Notes under the pieces: generated by a model
Told to the model about the DNA's origin: nothing
Database searches by the model: none
The model's input: the letters and a program-made list of their open reading frames with translations, nothing else
NCBI GenBank assembly: GCA_002269645.1
Contig: NIVC01001779.1
Span: forward strand, 150,885-214,884
Source: Macrostomum lignano
Taxonomy: Eukaryota
Length of the DNA stretch: 64,000 nt
Reading direction: 5' to 3'
Shown here: piece after piece, positions 56,801 through 64,000 of the stretch
Layout of the letters: each line of letters begins with the position of its first letter
Position numbering within the stretch: the first letter of the stretch is position 1
Translations under genes and position numbers: made by a program

Positions 56801-59800
56801 TGCGCGGCAGAAAATATTCGTACATCCAATTAAAGGTGGACGGGAGACTCGAGAGAGAGCACTTTTAATTCCTCGGAACGGAATTTGCAGCTTCTCCCCA
56901 GACCTTAAAGCCAGCTTCAGTCTGGGGGAAAGAAGGACCTAAGCTACTGAGAGTCTTGAGAGGGCCTTGAACTGTAGAATCTGATATCTTGAAGGGCCGA
57001 TCCTTCGTACACGCCTTCATTTTCCTACACAAGAAGAGGTCGCTTAAGATACATGTATGTTTTTTTTTCAATTTCATTTTCGGGTCATTCCTCTGACCCC
57101 TGAGCACGCAGGCACACTGTGTCAAGGCTGCAGTGAAATGTTTCAGGACTGCAGTGAGTGTGTCAGGACTGCAGTGAGTGTGTCAGGACTGCAGTGAGTG
57201 TGTCAGGACTGCAGTGAGTGCGTCAGGACTGCAGTGAGTGTGTCAGGACTGCAGTGAGTGCGTCAGGACTGCAGTGAGTGTGTCAGGACTGCAGTGAAGT
57301 GTGTCAGGACTGCAGTGAAGTGTGTCAGTACTGCAGTGAAATGTGTCAGGGCTGAAGCAAAATGTGTCAGGACTGCATTAAAATGTGTGAGGACTGCAGT
57401 AAAATGTGTCAGAACTGCAGTGAAGTGTGTCAGGACTGGCAGTAAATGTCAGGACAGCAGAAAAATGAATCTGGACTGTAGTAAAATATGTCAGCACTGC
57501 AGCGAAGTGTGTCAGGACTGCAGTGCAATGTGTCAGGACTGCAGTGAGCACAAAAATCAGTTAAAGATTTCATAAAAAATCTTATAAAAAAGATTTTTTT
57601 TATCTTTTCTATTTTCAAGTAAAATTCGAAAGTTAAAACCCGCGGAAAGCCAGGGAAGAGAAAAAAAGAGTTAAAAGAACCTTTTATCCATTTCATCTGC
57701 ACGCAATTATGAACTTGTCACTCTTAATTTAGTAACTCGATTGGAATGCAGATTTTCCTATTTCTAATTCTGGCGCTAAAAAGTACAGCTTTGCGAGAGA
57801 TGCACATTTTGTCAATCTGTGATTTTCAATTAAGCGCCTCATCAAACAAATTTGCGCGCAAAACTGTCAGGTTTTGCAATGACCAAGTAAGCATCCCAAT
57901 GACCAATTTGGCATCCCAATGACCAATTTGGCATCCCATTGACCAATTTGGCATCCCAATGACAAACATAATATTCAAATGACCAATTTGGCATCCCAAT
58001 GACCAATTTGGCATCCCAATGACCAATTTGGCATCCCAATGACCAATTTGGCATCCCAATGACCAATTTGGCATCCCAATGACAAACATAATATCCAAAT
58101 GACCAATTTGGCATCCCAATGACAAACATAATATCCAAATGACCAATTTGGCATCACAAGTGACTGATTTGGTATTTTAATGACCAATTCGGCATCCCAA
58201 TGACTAATTTTAAAGTTCAATGACCAATTTGGCACCATATGGCCAATTGAGCATCCTACTTAATCGCAGATAAAATGAAAGCTTAGACGCCAGCTTTTCA
58301 AGTACTAAATAATCTTCCTGTCTGATAAATCATCCTTGTGAATTTACTCTCAAGCGCTCAAACTGACTTCAGTCACAGGAACAAAATTTGCAGGCCAGTT
58401 CGTACTTGCAAGTCCCGAGGACCTCCTGGGGTGCTGTTGCGACATAACTTCTGCTAAGACAAGATTTGGATTAATCAAAGTGCCACATCTATAAAAAAAT
58501 TGCTTGGCCAGCTTCTATAGTGCCGTTTTTAATCTAAAAATCTAACTTTCGCGCTTGTTTCTGGCTTTTGTGAAGCAGAGTGTAGAAAGGACGCTTTTTA
58601 CTTTATTTCTGCTTTTTTTAGTTCTTTGCTTGTCAAGAAGAGACTTGCGTCAAAGGGGGCAAGAAATTGTGGACAGCTTCACCATGGACTAGTAAAATTG
58701 CAGCTTTCTGATGCAGACATGGACCACTAAAATTGCATCCCTATATGATACAGTCATGTACCACTAAAATTGTAGTCCTGTGATACAGTCATGGACTACT
58801 AAATTGCTGCCTCGTAATTCAGTCATAGTCTGCTAAAATCGAGTACACAGAAATGAGTAGCAAAAAATTAATGGCAAATTTTACAGTTCCTCTCGCTAAC
58901 GTAAGTTCACTTATCAGTCTGTTTAACAAATTTTTCAGTTGCTAGAAACCCGTTGTTTCATAACTAATGCTAAATATTTGATAGCAGCTATGCCATTGTG
59001 TACTCGGGTTAAACGTTTAACAGAAAACCTCTCGCTGTCCCCCAAGTTAAGCAACAGAGTCATTGGTCGCTTCTGTAACGTGAAAAGGAGGCCCACGGGT
59101 CATGCATATGCGGTGCGACTCGTGGCATCATAGCCTAAATCGTTATTTCACAGGGCGCCATTTTATCTGAGGGGAGAATCATTTCATCTGAGGGGAGAGT
59201 CATTTTATCTGAGGGGAGAGTCAGTTCATCTGAGGGGAGAGTCATTTTATCTGAGGGGAGAGTCATTTCATCTGAGGGGAGAGTCATTTCATCTGAGGGG
59301 AGAGTCATTTTATCTGAGGGGACAGTCATTTTATCTGAGGGGAGAGTCATTTTATCTGAGGGGACAGTCATTTTATCTGAGGGGTGAGTCATTTCATCTG
59401 AGGGGAGAGTGATTTCATCTGAGGGGAGAGTCATTTTATCTGAGGGGAGAGTCATTTTATCTGAGGGGAGAGTGATTTCATCTGAGGGGAGAGTCATTTC
59501 ATCTGAGGGGAGAGTCATTATATCTGAGGGGAAAGTCATTTTATCTGAGGGGAGAGTCATTTTATCTGAGGGGAAAGTCATTTTATCTGAGGGGAGAGTC
59601 ATTTTATCTGAGGGGAGAGTGATTTCATCTGAGGGGAGAGTCATTTTATCTGAGGGGAAAGTCATTTTATCTGAGGGGAGAGTCATTTCATCTGTCATCG
59701 AGTGAGGTCGGTAAAATTGGGTAAGAAAAAGAACTCAAAGCCAATCAATACAGCTTGCTTAATTCAAACAGCTCACTTTCTAAGAAACTCCTCCTGCTGA

Positions 59801-60100
59801 GCGGTTCGCCTGCTCAGCTTGGCTGCCACGAGCCCGTAGCAGGCGGTGATGAAGGCCAGAGGAGCCGCATACAGCAGGCAGAAGATCACGCCAATTTGGT
59901 AGCCCTGCGTGACCGATTCTGACATGTTATTGACGCACCACAGATATAGCGTGCGGTTGTCCGGACTGATTATGGTTGTGTCGTAGTTGAAGGCCCAGGG
60001 CAGCAGCAGCAACAGGCCGTAGATCCAAATGCAGGCCAGGATTACGATGGATTGCTTCTTGGAGAAGTGTCGCCTCAGCGGGTGGCACACGGCCAGGAAC
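53819..60100 (-). CDS. Class A neuropeptide GPCR (SIFamide/NPFF-receptor-like), 3' part; TM1-3 exons not found in the window
   Basis: Exon 60100-59777: (R)FLAVCHPL, TM4 IWIYGLLLLLPW, ECL2 Cys, TM5 CLLYAAPLAFITACY. Exon 54221-53819: TM6 KMLVTVVLIFAISWLPLH, TM7 QWIGISNCCVNPWIYCAFSKSYR. Phase-2 splice join AA|A, intron 54222-59776. Confidence 0.88.
54575..56657. repeat. 19-23-bp minisatellite (core tgcagtcctgacac) with a 190-bp higher-order repeat
   Basis: The marker tgacacactc recurs at 55111, 55301, 55491 and at 55865, 56055, 56245. Confidence 0.96.
57117..57548. repeat. 19-20-bp minisatellite (gtgtcaggactgcagtgag), inverted relative of the 54575 array
   Basis: The core gtgtcaggactgca is the reverse complement of tgcagtcctgacac. 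Confidence 0.93.
57880..58250. repeat. 20-bp minisatellite (gaccaatttggcatcccaat)
   Basis: Directly visible. Confidence 0.93.
59158..59695. repeat. 21-bp minisatellite (catttcatctgaggggagagt), about 25 units
   Basis: Directly visible. Confidence 0.95.
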
Positions 60101-60193
60101 CTGAAGTGTTGGGGTTGGTTGATGTTTCTTAATGATAGCCAAGGACAACTGAGGCATTTGAGGGCTGGTGTTTTTTAAACAGATTTTGCAAGT

Positions 60194-60430
60194 GGGTCCG
60201 TTGCCCAGCGGTCTAGCGCAGGCTCTGGTGTGCCAGCGGCCCAGGCTCGATTCCCAGTGCAGTCACATTAATTTGGGGCTGAATTGGAATCTCGGCTTGG
60301 CTCTGCTCGTGAAATTAATGCCCTTGTGGGCCAACCCCCAAGGCACAGTGAAGTGTACATGCCTAACGATAAATAAAGTTAGGGCCGCTGTACACTCCTG
60401 TGTGAGTGTGTGCCTGTGCGTATGACTAAT
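60194..60430 (+). mobile_element. Possible second tRNA-derived SINE or tRNA pseudogene, tail-to-tail with the next SINE
   Basis: ggtccgttgcccagcggtctagcg (A-box-like) and ggctcgattccc (B-box-like). The acceptor stem does not pair, so this is not a functional tRNA. Confidence 0.45.
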
Positions 60431-60725
60431 TAATTACACCTTGTCCCTTTATGGGCCAGATGTGCAACCGACAGCTCAGCCGCAGCTATTGCGCGGCGCA
60501 TCTGAAGGCTGCGTACGGCTGTTCAGTCCAAGGACTGGGGGGGTCGCCACACACACAGCCTCAATTACCCCAGCTAATGCTGGCACCCATTTTACAGCTG
60601 GGTGAACTGAAGCAATGCAGAGTTAAGTGTCTTGCTCAAGGACACACAAATTGGGATCCACTGGGATCGGGAATCGAAGCCCCGACCTTCAAGTCGTGAG
60701 TCCGACGCTCTAAACACTAGGCTAC
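60430..60725 (-). mobile_element. tRNA-derived SINE, copy 2, with a CORE/Deu/Meta-like central domain
   Basis: Minus strand: gtagcctagtgtttagagcg (A box), gcttcgattccc (B box), then gtgtccttgagcaagacacttaactctgcattgcttcagttcacccagctgtaaaatgggt, which resembles conserved SINE central domains. Paralogue at 45545-45793. Confidence 0.8.
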
Positions 60726-61444
60726 AACCCCCACAATGTCGCTTAAAGTGATGCAGGTAGCCCACAGCCTGTCTCTAATAAAAAACGGGTTTTACAAATT
60801 GGTTGCCACAGATGGTGAGCAAAATAAACTGTTGTTTTGTGAAACTGTTTGTGTGCACAAAATTTTTGCGCAAGGGGCCATTGATATAGAATTTCTGGCA
60901 AAACTACATCCATGTGAGACAAAAATCTACAAAAGCGACATTGTTGTCAGAATCATTGTTCGAAGGTATAGTGTTGAACGATAACTAGAAGGCAGACATG
61001 GCATGCATTTTTTGTTAACATTTTGCTGACGCTTTTGTTAGCGAATTGCCGAAAAACAAATGCTTTTTCGCTAAGTGGATCGTCTTTCTTAGAAGATCCA
61101 TTGCCATCGGGGATGCTGTTTTGGAAGCCAGCCACTTTCGCCCCCCAAAATGTATGTTTTCTTTTCTATCTGTCTGGAGCTAATTTTAGTGTCCATGTTT
61201 TACTAAAGTCAACAGGCTCGACGCCAATGCTGATATGGTTAGAAAGGTTTGCTGATGGCGAAATAATTCAATTAGTTAGAAAATCTGGGATGAGGTAGGC
61301 GGGCAGCTGATCCAGGAGAAGTAGATAGTAAGACTAGGTGAATCAACATATGTATGTAGAGTAGAAATGGTGAAGAGTAATGGTCGTTGAAGTACATAAA
61401 ATATACAGTTTTAGAAGGTAAGGTAAGTAAGTTAGACCAGTTAG

Positions 61445-62200
61445 AGTAGCTGAAGTCTGTAGGGTAGACACAGTAGGGTAGCTGAAGTCTGTAGGGTAGA
61501 CACAGTAGGGTAGCTGAAGTCTGTAGGGTAGACACAGTAGGGTAGTTAATGTCTGTAGGGTAGACACAGTAGGGTAGCTGAAGTCTGTAGGGTAGACACA
61601 GTAGGGTAGCTGAAGTCTGTAGGGTAGACACAGTAGGGTAGCTGAAGTCTGTAGGGTAGACACAGTAGGGTAGCTGAAGTCTGTAGGGTAGACACAGTAG
61701 GGTAGCTGAAGTCTGTAGGGTAGACACAGTAGGGTCGCTGAAGTCTGTAGGGTAGACACAGTAGGGTAGCTGAAGTCTGTAGGGTAGACACAGTAGGGTA
61801 GCTGAAGTCTGTAGGGTAGACACAGTAGGGTAGCTGGTTTGTAGGGTAGACACAGTAGGGTAGCTGGTCTGTAGGGTAGACACAGTAGGGTAGCTGGTCT
61901 GTAGGGTAGACACAGTAGGGTAGCTGGTCTGTAGGGTAGACACAGTAGGGTAGCTGAAGTCTGTAGGGTAGACACAGTAGGGTAGCTGAAGTCTGTAGGG
62001 TAGACACAGTAGGGTAGCTGGTCTGTAGGGTAGACACAGTAGGGTAGCTGGTTTGTAGGGTAGACACAGTAGGGTAGCTGGTCTGTAGGGTAGACACAGT
62101 AGGGTAGCTGGTCTGTAGGGTAGACACAGTAGGGTAGCTGGTCTGTAGGGTAGACACAGTAGGGTAGCTGAAGTCTGTAGGGTAGACACGGTAGACAGCC
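61445..62200. repeat. 30/32-bp minisatellite (agtagggtagctgaagtctgtagggtagacac)
   Basis: Directly visible. Confidence 0.95.
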
Positions 62201-62639
62201 TGGTAGATAGATTTCAAATATCTACTCCCACACAAGCAGCCGCAAAAATTGCATGGCCAAGCGATTATTTTCAGTTTTCTCCCCCATTCAATTAGTCGAA
62301 TTTCGACTATCTCATTTGTTTTAATTAGTTGAAGAAAACAGTCACGGAAGCACTGCTCAAACCACAGATTGGTTTCTGTCAAGTTGAGACCCCTTGGCGT
62401 CAACTGAGCAGGGAACTCTCATTCTTATTAACTTTTCACTGCTCATTTTTGTTGCAAATTGATCTGTTTGGGGATGCCTCATTTTCTGTTGATTGAGCAG
62501 GCAGCTTCAAATGAGAATGCGGACTCACAAATACTGCTTATTTAATGCATGAGCTTTGCGCACAGAGTGTGTACCCGGTTGAAAAGTACATTTTAGTGGG
62601 TTGAAAAATATTTTGGTAAATACATCATAAGTAACTTCA

Positions 62640-64000
<1,361 letters not shown>

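Noticed and set aside
60194-60267. Functional tRNA gene
   Set aside because: A and B boxes are present but the acceptor stem cannot pair; treated as a SINE head or pseudogene.

Overview
Eukaryotic (animal) genomic DNA with spliceosomal introns, very long microsatellites and many minisatellites. The gene set and repeat landscape are compatible with a free-living flatworm such as Macrostomum (inference, not verified). I could reconstruct six protein-coding loci by reading splice sites by hand. (1) 1-13938 (+): a 5'-partial giant gene of roughly 4,240+ aa. It carries dozens of Cys/Lys/Arg-rich modules, 3 ShKT, a PAN/apple domain, 4 vWA domains, a (PGPK)n hinge, ~800 aa of Arg/Lys/Trp-rich nearly acid-free sequence, a 15-aa polybasic tandem repeat and a His/Ser-rich tail. 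The tail is hidden behind a 2-nt deletion. This is the best candidate for a novel system, a putative secreted glue, cement or structural protein. (2) A 6-exon endophilin-B of 250 aa that appears to lack SH3 and has a GC-AG intron. (3) A 3-exon kindlin. (4) A 2-exon channel with N-terminal ankyrin repeats joined to a TRPM-type core. (5) A 198-aa orphan ORF. (6) The 3' exons of a SIFamide/NPFF-receptor-like GPCR. Mobile DNA: a hAT-type MITE with an 8-bp TSD, a TA-flanked foldback MITE, tRNA-derived SINEs, and a 5'-truncated RNase H-bearing non-LTR retrotransposon running off the window end. Several 1-2 nt indels in coding sequence look like long-read consensus errors. No database searches were run.
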